Source of the DNA: a virus
Virus record (IMG/VR): IMGVR_UViG_3300024999_000091
Span: 4,256-68,255 of that record
Length of the DNA stretch: 64,000 nucleotides
Reading direction: 5' to 3' (one strand)
A program made the translations under genes and the position numbers. Positions 21,001 through 28,202 of this stretch are shown one piece after another (positions within the stretch are counted from its first letter, which is position 1; each line of letters opens with the position of its first letter). Below the pieces are notes generated by a model, which saw only the letters and a list, made by a program, of their open reading frames with translations, made no database searches and was not told where the DNA came from.

Positions 21001-24000
21001 GCTGCTCGGTATAGACGGTCTGCTTATCAACAACCCTGATGGCTTTAGCCTTCAAGGTTTCAAGTCCGACATCCAGCGTCCCGTTTTCCTCTGCCCGGGT
21101 GACATTGGCATCGAGATAGGTTGAGAATAGATCGAAGACCTTGTTCTGCATATCGATCTTCATACTGAGAATCCGGTTAAGGAATCTCGGCACGGTCGGA
21201 ATCTGTGTGCTGTTCAGCCCGCCATGCTCGTCAACGAGGTTCGGCAAGCCGAGCTCACGGACCAACATCGACATGTCGATACCATTGACGTTGCCGCGGT
21301 AGACATTGGTGATGAGCTGTTGAACTGCATCAACGGCGTACTCGCTCTCGAGGTTGTCGCGCTCTGAGAAAAGCCCCTGAGAGGATGCCGTGCGCTGTCC
21401 TTCGGTGAGCGCCCCCAACTGTGACAGTTTCCTGGCGATGGAAGAAATAAATCTCTTATGTCCCTTGAGGTCTGTGGTGACTAGGACATACTCAGGGGCA
21501 ACTGCCTGGTTCGATCGATGTGACCGGCCAAGGCCCTGCACCGCGCTATCTGCCCGCCATCCTGCCTGCAAGATGTAATGGCTGCGCTGCCGCTTGTTGA
21601 CGGCCGAGTTGTCGGCGTGATAGCTGGCCCCGGTGCCGCCCGCTTCGGAGAAGATGAGAATCTGCTTCTTGTCGGCCATGAACTGCGCGGCATCGGCAAC
21701 ACCCTTGGTCTTGCTCCATCCCTGCCGTATTTTCCTGGGGCCTGAGCCATCATCAACGGTGACGATCCGCTTCGACCTGCCGGTGACCTCTGCCACCTTG
21801 TCGACACCGAAGACATTGAGGATCTGGTCGAGCGGCGCGTCCGGCACTTTGATGCTGCCGAGTTTATCCAGCAATTCTTCCCGCATGGCAACGGCCTCAC
21901 GGTTCACCACCGGATTTCCATCGGAATCGACGACCGGCCGCGTCCGCTTGTTGCCGTCCTCATCCTCGTATTCCTCGTATTGCTGGATCGGGAAGGAATT
22001 CTCGATCATCTGCATGAGTTGGTCGCGCGGGGTGATATCGACATCCTCAAGCGACTCGGCATTGGCCAGTGCCCGGTTGGTGCTGGCCTCGTTGGTGTTG
22101 GTGATCTGCAGGACAACGGCCTTGCCGTCCTTGATATCCTGCTTGATTGAGGTGATGACCGACGGCATCTGCATGGCCGTCAGCACCTGGTTGAAGAATC
22201 TTTGATGAGATCCCCAGAATGCCGACAAGGCATGGCTCTTGCCGTTGGAATCGGCCTCGGTGATCTGCAGGGCTTCGTCGATGTTTTTCAGGACAAGTTG
22301 CCAGGCCCCGGCGAGCTCATCATAGATTTCGCGCTGCTGGCCGGATAGTTCATGCTCAAGGCGACGATACTTCACCTGATACGCCTTATTCTTGCCGTTG
22401 TAGGCGAGCTTCCTGGCCAGGTAGCTGCCCATGGCCTTCATATCCCGGGCGACGACCTCCATGGCCGCGATGCCGCCCTGCGATATCTTGCCGATGAAAG
22501 CCGTCGCGTTGGCGAATGGCGTACCTTCCCCCCATAAACCGAGACGCTCGGCATAGGCGAGGTTGCTTACTTCGGTGGCTCCGGTTGCCGAGACATAGAC
22601 AATCTTCGCCTTCGGCAATGCCCGCTGCAGATCGAGAGCGGAGAGAGCCATCTGGGAGGGCTTCTTGGTGAACCGGCCTTCCTTAATGGATATGGCATTC
22701 CCCATCTTGTGGGATTCGTCGAAGGCGACAACCCCGTCGAAATCAGGACCGGCCCAATCGATAATTGCCTGGAGGCGGGAAAGCTGCCCTTCTTTTGCTG
22801 CGGAAGAAACGGTTGAGTAGGCGGTGTAAAGCACACCGTCTCTGTTTGGGATGGCCTGGCCGGCCTTCACCGCGCCCTGCTCGATGATCAAATCACCGGA
22901 CCAGCCGATACCATCCATATCACGATTGGCATCCTTGGCAAGGGTCCGATCCTTGCTGATCCATATAGACTTCTTGCGGCCCTGGTTCCAGTTGTCGAAG
23001 AGAATGCCGGCAATCTCCCGGCCCTTGCCGACACCGGTACCGTCGCCGATAAAGAAGCCCCTGGTTTCCCCGTTCGGTAGGGTGTCCTGGTGCGCTTGGC
23101 CGGCGGCGGTAATCGCCTCGAGTTGAACTTCACTCAGTTTGCCGGAGGTGACTGTCTCTTTCGGAATGCTTGGCTGGTATGTGATGTTGGGAAGATTGAC
23201 GGCGGCCATGGCCGCGCTTTCAACGAGGTCGGCGGGGTGAGGCTTCGCCCCCTTGATAACTACGGTTGGTTGGTAGCCTTCAAAGACGGAATCAGCTGAC
23301 TGCTGCTGCTTTTCCTGGCGGGTGGTCTCTAAAGTGTCTGTTCTCGGTACAGGCTCTCCATTCTGTCGAGTATTTTCCAGGCCAACTCCTTGGGCGTTGT
23401 TTTGCTGTCCGCCGTCGACACCGGAATCCCCTCGTCCTGGTTCAGGTCGGTTACCTCCTGCATCCATTCCGCCGGCTTCCACTGCAGCATTTGGCCTATC
23501 CTGTCTTCTACTTCCTGGCTTGTTTGCATCTCCCCGCTGGCCAGTGCCCATGTCAGCAGTTGTTGGAGATACAGCCTGCTGCTGTTTGGCTCCAGTTTCA
23601 GTTGCAGGAGTTTCTTCTTGGCCAGTTGGTTGATTGGTTTCTCGTTGAGCGGTAGCGGTTCTGTCATCTCTCACCCCCTGGAGTAGAGAAATCAGGTCGG
23701 CGTAGTTGTCCACCTTCCCGGTTATTACAGCATTTGTCGTCGGACTCGTTTTGTCAATGACGAGAAGTTGATTATCGAACGTGGTGCCATACTTCCGGTA
23801 TCCCTCGCCATTCATCCCGACATTGGCGCGGACATTATACTTTGCGCTGATAACCTTCCACCATTGCCGGAACATAGGCTTGTCGCTGCCCATTCCCTCG
23901 CCGACGATGGCCACGAGCCGCCCGCCAGGCTCCAATCTTTTCAGCGCCTGCTCGATATGCGCGGCACCAAACTTGGTTTTGTTTTTACTGAGTCTGCCGC

Positions 24001-27000
24001 CGGTTGCCGAGAAAGGAGGATTCATGACGATGACGGTCGGCTTCACTGCGGCCGGCAGGATATTGTCGAGCTGCTCGGCATTCTCGCTGTAGACCGACGT
24101 GAACCCCATTTCTTTTAGCACATCCCGGCGCCGGTCGCTCAATTCGTTCACGGCGATATCTCCGACACCGGCAATCTTGCCGAACACGGCCAAGCCGCCG
24201 ATACCCGCCGACGGCTCAAGATATGAGTCGGTGCGCTTCAGGTTCACAACCCAATTGGCGACATAGGCCAATGGAGGAGGAGTCGAGTACTGCTGGAACT
24301 TGTCCTGCTCTTCTGTTCGCTTGGTCTGCGTCGGGACCAAGGAGAGGATTTGCTCAAGTTCCTTGATTTGCTGAACAGGCTCATTGCTCTTGAATTTGAA
24401 ATTGTCGGCGAGGTATTGGTTGATGCCAAGCTCAAGGGCGTCGTAGGCGTCCTTTGGGGTATATTTCCCCTCGCTTTGTTTTCCGCTGTAGGCTTCATTG
24501 GCCCACTTAAAAAGGTTGTCGGTTCTTATCTTTTTCCCCGACGACAGCCATTCTTTCACGTTGCGGGCAATCTTGGCTGAAGGTGTCCTTGGAGTAGCAG
24601 ATTTGTCACTCGAAACTTCAGCAAGGTGAGCGTCTACTTCCGCCGCGCTACTCATCCCGTCCTTGTCGATCCCCGGCCAGTGCCGAAGGTTCTCATAGGT
24701 GCCGCGAAGAAACGGGCGGAACTCGGTGCCGATGTCGGCGAGAACGGTTTTCGACCAGTCGGCAAACTTGCGGATTCCGGATTCGAAGTAGGCCCCACCG
24801 AGAACAAGAAGGTCCTGCATCAGCTCGGGGTCAAAGCCGGCTGACAAGGTGCCGCGTTTCGCTTTCAGCCTTTCCCGGGCGGCGGCCACGGCGTCGGCGG
24901 TGAAGACTTTGTTGTTGGAAAAAGGATCTGCAGTTGCCCCGGGTGTCGCTTTGGGCGTGAGGTCTTTCAGGATTGATGGAACCACTTTCGGCTGCTCTTC
25001 ACCGAACAGGTACATATGGGCTGAATCAGTATCTGCCTGGTAGAATTTGTCGGCCTTCATGGCCTTCGACAAGGTGACGTTGTAATCGTCGCCCCGCGCT
25101 TCCGCCTCTGCCCGGTAGTTGTCGATGAGCCATTGATTCGACTTCGCCGTATCCCGTTTGGTGGTTCGCTTGGTACTGTACTTCGGGTACGGAGTAGTCT
25201 GCCGGCCGGTGGCCGTGGTGAAGACGTCGCCGGGCATGATCGTCTTGCCGTCTTTCCGGCGGCCGTCTTCGGTGAGAGTGGGCGCTACTCCTCCCGGAAC
25301 TCGTGGCTCTTCGGATACCGGTGCGTTTCCGGCGGCTCCCATTCCAGAAACGGGTCCGGTGCGATCTTCATTTCCTCTTCCTGGACTTCCATTTTCACCG
25401 GCTCCTGTTGTTCCGCCGTCATTGGTCTGCTCCTTGGGTAAATGTTCCTCGCGAATGAACCACCCGTCATCCTTCTTGAAGGTGAATGGGTCGATGGCCT
25501 TGGCCTCTTTCCACTTGAGGTCGGTCTGGACTATGCCGCGGATGGTCTTGCCTTTTTTGGTGGTGTACTCAATGATCTCGGGCGAACTTCCTACGCTGTA
25601 TGTATTAGATATGTTGCCATTAGATGAATTGCCTGGTATGGTAGGTGTATCATCAATTTTACTTAGAGGTTTATTATGGGTATCGGAAGACCGAGTTCCG
25701 GAGGGCACATCAGAAGGTTCCCTCGTCACAACACCAGCTATAGGCTTATCAGTGTTGCTGTCGATGGCATCAGAAGGCAAAGGTTTGAGCACAGGCTCGT
25801 TATGGAGCAGTTCCTTGGCAGAAGGCTTAGGAGGGGTGAGATCGTCCACCATCTTGACGGGGATGGGCTCAACAACTCCATCGATAATCTTTCCCTTATC
25901 ACCCAAGCCGAGCATGTCGACATTCACAGACTCGGGCTTTTGTCCTGGTCTTTGGATGCTGCCGTTTGTCTTCGCGGAGAGGGGTGCTCTTTCGCTGAGA
26001 TCGGCTCTATCGTTGGAGTTTGCGCCGCCTCCATCCAAGCCGCTTTTAAGAGAAGGGGTATTGACACCGGGGGGAGGCCCATCATTTACACTTGGGATTT
26101 CAACTTGGCCGTTCAGCTTTTCCGCGATGGCGTTTCCATTAGAGACATCGCCAAGACTGTTGGCACCGGTTCCAGCACCATAAAGCGTAGTTTCCGCAGG
26201 AGAGGAATTGCTTCGTGATTTCGGGATAGCAACGAATCCATCACGGAACTTCTCGATATCGTAATCTTCAGGGCTATTCCCTTGAGCGGTAATCGCCTTC
26301 TTTATGGAATACCTGTTTTTATATGGCGAACCGTCTTCTTTCTTGACGATGCTTTGCGCGTTTCCGCCGCCCATCAATTCAAATCCTTGGCCAGGGGGAA
26401 GGAGGGGCGTCTCGCCCGCCGACTGCCGGCGCTTCATCTCCTCATCAGCCTGCAGCCTGGCAAAGCCCTTACGCCGCACCTTGACATCCGCCTGGTCCTG
26501 CTCATCCTGCGCCTGGTCGGCGAAGTCGTACATCATGTCGTTGACTTCGCCTGGGTCCACGCCCTGCAGATCCTTCTCCTCGTCGTACTGCGCCTGAATG
26601 CCATGGGGAAGCTCGGGGGAATACGGCTGTTCGCCGCGGGCCTTCGCCTGATTGTATTCGGCGGCTGCTGCCTTCTGCTGCTCCCATTCGTCTTGCATCG
26701 GGCCGGAAGCGTCCACGCCCTGGCCCGGCACCGGAATACCGAGAAACCGGAAAACCCCATCGCTGACCAATCGGTCCTTGGCGTCCTGGGGAACATCCGG
26801 GTCGTTGAAAAACTGCAGGGCGGCGTTCACCCGTTGCCCGCGGTCTTCATCGGTTTCGATGGTGGTGCCGGTGAGGACTCCTGAAAGATCGGCTGCCGCC
26901 ATGATATCTGGTGATTCTGCCGGAACCGCTGGTTGATCGGTCAAACTTTCGGTAAGTATTTTTTCCACCTCACCGCCGAGCGGGTCGGTTTCGAGATCCT

Positions 27001-28150
27001 TACCGCTGTCCATGAAACTGGTGGTAACGTGGAATCCGCCGCCGCCAAGGCCCATGGCCGCGCCGATCAGCCCGCCCTCGGCTGATGCTTCAGGCACTCC
27101 TTGATTCCATGGCTTGCCGGTGGCGAGGTTCATCCACACGGTTTCCTGTGCGCTCTGCGGCATCTCCTCAAGCATTCCCTCGGTGAGTCCGCTGCCAACC
27201 AGGGCTTTGCTGATAGCGCCGACGGTCATCTTCTCGCCGGGTTTTCTCGAGACGCCGGCCAGGAGGGAATCCACATCGGGCAATCCAAGCCTGTTGGCGA
27301 TCTTGCCGCCGAGCAGGGTAAGGAGTCCGGTGCCGGCACCGGCCGCAAGGGACATGCCTGTTTGTGCCAACGTCCTGTCGCCGGTTTCTTGCTGGATACC
27401 TTCGGCTGTCGCGCCTGCGGTGAGCGCACCTTCGCCGACAGCTGATGCGGCAATCCTGCCGGCCGTGGTTGCGCCGATAACCTTAGGGGCAATGGAAGCC
27501 AGGCCCCGGGCAATGCCGCCGGCACCGACGAGTTGGGGTAATGCCCGGGACACGCCGTGGACGATGGAAGACGGATTTTCCACCATCGCCTCAAGTTTGC
27601 CAGTGAAGCCCTTGGCCTGCGCTACTTTCTCGTTTGCCGCCTGCTGGGCCGGGGAATACAGATCGTCAATGACATCGTGCGTCGTCTTCGCGTCGTAGCC
27701 GACATAATCGAGTGCCTTGTCGGTGAGCCCGCCGGTTGCGATACCAGCCAAGCCTTTCACCGCCTCACCGGTATCCACCACGCCGTGGGCGAGGGAAACC
27801 CCGACATCTCCCAAGGTGCCGAGCACGGTTCTTTTCGGTGCTTGCGGAGTTTCGACAGCCGGTTGCGGCTTCCGCTGCTTCAACTCATCGAATATATTTC
27901 CACGCCTGACTGGCTCCTGTTCATTTAAAGCATATGTGGTGGTGCTGCCGCCATCGTCGTTTTCTGTTTTGGTTACGGCGATAGGCGGTCGCGTATCTAC
28001 CTGGCCGAGTGACGATACCTGCGGCGCCAGTTGATCTTGACGGGTAACTGGCGATGGAACAGGCGATACCGATAATGGTTGCTCTGTGGCTTCAGGAGCG
28101 GCGCTGCTCAGTGCTGGTTTATTTTTCAACTCGTCGAAGATAGTTGCCAT
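15053..28150 (-). CDS. Giant DarB-like polyvalent virion protein (MTase, Strawberry-notch-type SF2 helicase, ART-like, metallopeptidase/LPD domains)
   Basis: 4365 aa; LEPSAGIGGL and NPPF; GDGTGVGKG, FDESH, SATGA, QGLGRSHRSNQ; HGTPH...GSGEGNQSYGYGLYF; HEVGVH; HETQH. Confidence 0.9.
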   Translation of the reverse strand: MATIFDELKNKPALSSAAPEATEQPLSVSPVPSPVTRQDQLAPQVSSLGQVDTRPPIAVTKTENDDGGSTTTYALNEQEPVRRGNIFDELKQRKPQPAVETPQAPKRTVLGTLGDVGVSLAHGVVDTGEAVKGLAGIATGGLTDKALDYVGYDAKTTHDVIDDLYSPAQQAANEKVAQAKGFTGKLEAMVENPSSIVHGVSRALPQLVGAGGIARGLASIAPKVIGATTAGRIAASAVGEGALTAGATAEGIQQETGDRTLAQTGMSLAAGAGTGLLTLLGGKIANRLGLPDVDSLLAGVSRKPGEKMTVGAISKALVGSGLTEGMLEEMPQSAQETVWMNLATGKPWNQGVPEASAEGGLIGAAMGLGGGGFHVTTSFMDSGKDLETDPLGGEVEKILTESLTDQPAVPAESPDIMAAADLSGVLTGTTIETDEDRGQRVNAALQFFNDPDVPQDAKDRLVSDGVFRFLGIPVPGQGVDASGPMQDEWEQQKAAAAEYNQAKARGEQPYSPELPHGIQAQYDEEKDLQGVDPGEVNDMMYDFADQAQDEQDQADVKVRRKGFARLQADEEMKRRQSAGETPLLPPGQGFELMGGGNAQSIVKKEDGSPYKNRYSIKKAITAQGNSPEDYDIEKFRDGFVAIPKSRSNSSPAETTLYGAGTGANSLGDVSNGNAIAEKLNGQVEIPSVNDGPPPGVNTPSLKSGLDGGGANSNDRADLSERAPLSAKTNGSIQRPGQKPESVNVDMLGLGDKGKIIDGVVEPIPVKMVDDLTPPKPSAKELLHNEPVLKPLPSDAIDSNTDKPIAGVVTREPSDVPSGTRSSDTHNKPLSKIDDTPTIPGNSSNGNISNTYSVGSSPEIIEYTTKKGKTIRGIVQTDLKWKEAKAIDPFTFKKDDGWFIREEHLPKEQTNDGGTTGAGENGSPGRGNEDRTGPVSGMGAAGNAPVSEEPRVPGGVAPTLTEDGRRKDGKTIMPGDVFTTATGRQTTPYPKYSTKRTTKRDTAKSNQWLIDNYRAEAEARGDDYNVTLSKAMKADKFYQADTDSAHMYLFGEEQPKVVPSILKDLTPKATPGATADPFSNNKVFTADAVAAARERLKAKRGTLSAGFDPELMQDLLVLGGAYFESGIRKFADWSKTVLADIGTEFRPFLRGTYENLRHWPGIDKDGMSSAAEVDAHLAEVSSDKSATPRTPSAKIARNVKEWLSSGKKIRTDNLFKWANEAYSGKQSEGKYTPKDAYDALELGINQYLADNFKFKSNEPVQQIKELEQILSLVPTQTKRTEEQDKFQQYSTPPPLAYVANWVVNLKRTDSYLEPSAGIGGLAVFGKIAGVGDIAVNELSDRRRDVLKEMGFTSVYSENAEQLDNILPAAVKPTVIVMNPPFSATGGRLSKNKTKFGAAHIEQALKRLEPGGRLVAIVGEGMGSDKPMFRQWWKVISAKYNVRANVGMNGEGYRKYGTTFDNQLLVIDKTSPTTNAVITGKVDNYADLISLLQGVRDDRTATAQRETNQPTGQEETPATETGAKQQQAVSPTTADMGTGQRGDANKPGSRRQDRPNAAVEAGGMDAGGNRPEPGRGDSGVDGGQQNNAQGVGLENTRQNGEPVPRTDTLETTRQEKQQQSADSVFEGYQPTVVIKGAKPHPADLVESAAMAAVNLPNITYQPSIPKETVTSGKLSEVQLEAITAAGQAHQDTLPNGETRGFFIGDGTGVGKGREIAGILFDNWNQGRKKSIWISKDRTLAKDANRDMDGIGWSGDLIIEQGAVKAGQAIPNRDGVLYTAYSTVSSAAKEGQLSRLQAIIDWAGPDFDGVVAFDESHKMGNAISIKEGRFTKKPSQMALSALDLQRALPKAKIVYVSATGATEVSNLAYAERLGLWGEGTPFANATAFIGKISQGGIAAMEVVARDMKAMGSYLARKLAYNGKNKAYQVKYRRLEHELSGQQREIYDELAGAWQLVLKNIDEALQITEADSNGKSHALSAFWGSHQRFFNQVLTAMQMPSVITSIKQDIKDGKAVVLQITNTNEASTNRALANAESLEDVDITPRDQLMQMIENSFPIQQYEEYEDEDGNKRTRPVVDSDGNPVVNREAVAMREELLDKLGSIKVPDAPLDQILNVFGVDKVAEVTGRSKRIVTVDDGSGPRKIRQGWSKTKGVADAAQFMADKKQILIFSEAGGTGASYHADNSAVNKRQRSHYILQAGWRADSAVQGLGRSHRSNQAVAPEYVLVTTDLKGHKRFISSIARKLSQLGALTEGQRTASSQGLFSERDNLESEYAVDAVQQLITNVYRGNVNGIDMSMLVRELGLPNLVDEHGGLNSTQIPTVPRFLNRILSMKIDMQNKVFDLFSTYLDANVTRAEENGTLDVGLETLKAKAIRVVDKQTVYTEQRSGAVTEYVQLDVDHRVEKVPFDSKRRMVVNNHSGMPWQIVSQSSSTNEAGNIVDHITLRNGRNAIRKVEKEGFEEKFTSITDKAEALERWNEALKAIPDIVTQREHLITGALLPIWDKLVGHPKIIRVQTGTETMLGRMIAGEHISEVMALLDVEGKAVEMTPKQAQDTILQNGQTLNLDNKWKIIRRRVAGENRMEVEGTGYGDYNILSNYGAFTERINYITRNFIPTGTDGNAVLERILKNHKILTVTGGRPAGGNQAQSDDNTQYSKSGESSGRTVAQVEEELRAKLGADVFESLQGTMAIVGNQEEARKIIAGLRGEKKYSAAWHGTPHTVDKFSSSKIGSGEGNQSYGYGLYFAGNKEVADFYRTTLSPKIGAFINEFKRLIPEAPHNLVVEIFKFKNESPAGMRSAVAVRKAGYAVADARGFIEENKEKLWDATDKAWGKPAGNLYKVDLAPTEDEYLLWDKPLSEQSKKVRTALDAGAWDNNAIIGKLLDTGLDFSGSGIYERISSSLGDVKDKGDRRNDQAASKYLHSLGIRGIKYLDASSRGVNFQLEWANGKDGSNDVKNDAESAMLMMVEDIPKAVTHLREKGKDVAADALERGDLVPRGPVHNYVIFNDADVSIVEVLYSADGKTIQGFTNGEKVWLVADGIQPGRDADVLNHEVGVHLRKLLLADREYQLVEGSLEKRQKETGRTGRAIRAAMARVPADTKPENYWSEVLAYMVEDAPAAGPVRRVMAAIKKIMLRVFGKRFVNFLSVDDFKAMAAKAVRATSSPAGKSEGVSFSFAGEKATAADRGKLATAKEMKADGQPREEIWAETGWWEIVPGQWSFEIDDSLSSIEPKEGKLSDALKHRQLFANYPFLNDYEISFRALGPNRRGLLDQATKTIFVNSRMSHAVQRSVIQHETQHIIQHHEGFATGTRYDASEPESYYRRVGEVEARLVQYRLNLPPAARKVRPPWLSMEKMLKTEGLLKEGQDVRDVLLKSKSSPDLTADSYQEARNTTILNATVDGVVSDASLTHGEKLVAEIMRKLAAVSSPAVAKNRFGAKKVDEALEAFRAARAAIKDPLKSAAAKQQFAANFVNKFPAEPRAELLNKLSQISRVKDQAIQQKRLRNFLIHGNKALAGYLKDEIIERLEKAVAPLRMKKDRVRRGRGAAFERDLKYLRGIAFKIGKTADSRVELQLEQDRLHQQHLILQDQLQQAKTPQEQERVEEQIADMESFGNLLAIFGGIEAQTFDEVVRAYRSMSDVLEEGRAPWREQFETWKERNKANREKAIKEITGEDEPVPETIAEKSQRVAREQSATGKVKEALSATANSIQSWELMLDKISRKSGGKTLQSWMVKHFGSIAHKATRDYERMQMETHERVMDKAVEIFGVKDNVALAKTFAKLGQQVEGKVHIAFGDKGERRAVTISPLQAAYWYQISRDMENPVVAETFEGMGIDGKTIDEIEKLIGPKLKAWADYLVADFYQDFHDDTNKVYRQVYGIDLDKTANYVPWRREVTGKAADKEKEGMLSGIETGSIKKGSLRSRVRNTKPFKMQNVNDILVNHIADMNHFKAWAIPTREINGTFNSPTVQKFIRQHYGRSTMRTIRFFQDRFVKSDREIVDDLHFLDRVRGNVTRAMVGLNPVVFLKQMTAIPAYMADVPVADWFKHTGYAMAHPITVARILGRSTMMKSRYKQGFERDVAAAMKMGGDNIIAQHRRGRDAVMVMVQLGDKFSVLTGGYAVYKYHLDKLKAGGMSHREADQQALDEFEKATERSQQSGAAKDLGWFQQGTPIMKLFTMFMTAPASYSRQIFMAVRNMRADPKDSAKRLFVFGVLLPVIFQAIADALMIIDGDDEDEERFLKNQAKGIALGPFQGLPIIRTIMEGYSQAITGQGYFGDEFTPVSEAFSTSKETVSDFFKFLQGGTERISPDEYLEQSLLGMVHTFGYFAGIPTKPIQRTFEGVYDAATGQTEYPIRRSIGYSKYVVGENK
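23329..23667 (-). CDS. Nested +1-frame gene inside the giant gene (112 aa)
   Basis: AGGGGGTGAGAG before ATG; helical protein-like composition; spans the low-complexity MTase-helicase linker. Confidence 0.5.
   Translation of the reverse strand: MTEPLPLNEKPINQLAKKKLLQLKLEPNSSRLYLQQLLTWALASGEMQTSQEVEDRIGQMLQWKPAEWMQEVTDLNQDEGIPVSTADSKTTPKELAWKILDRMESLYREQTL
25285..25422 (-). CDS. Nested +1-frame small acidic gene (45 aa)
   Basis: AAGGAG 7 nt before ATG; overlaps a G/R/P-rich linker of the giant protein. Confidence 0.4.
   Translation of the reverse strand: MTAEQQEPVKMEVQEEEMKIAPDPFLEWEPPETHRYPKSHEFREE
25676..26218 (+). CDS. HNH endonuclease with two C-terminal HTH-like repeats, nested antisense in the giant gene
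   Basis: EHRLVME..LGR.L...EIVHHLDGDGLNNSIDNL.....EH...H; AGAGGT RBS; TTGCCA-N17-TATGGT at 25614-25642. Confidence 0.85.
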   Translation: MGIGRPSSGGHIRRFPRHNTSYRLISVAVDGIRRQRFEHRLVMEQFLGRRLRRGEIVHHLDGDGLNNSIDNLSLITQAEHVDIHRLGLLSWSLDAAVCLRGEGCSFAEIGSIVGVCAASIQAAFKRRGIDTGGRPIIYTWDFNLAVQLFRDGVSIRDIAKTVGTGSSTIKRSFRRRGIAS

Positions 28151-28202
28151 TCTTTCTTCCTGGTGGATGTTTGTCTGGTCTTAAACCTGCCTCAATAAAG
28201 CA

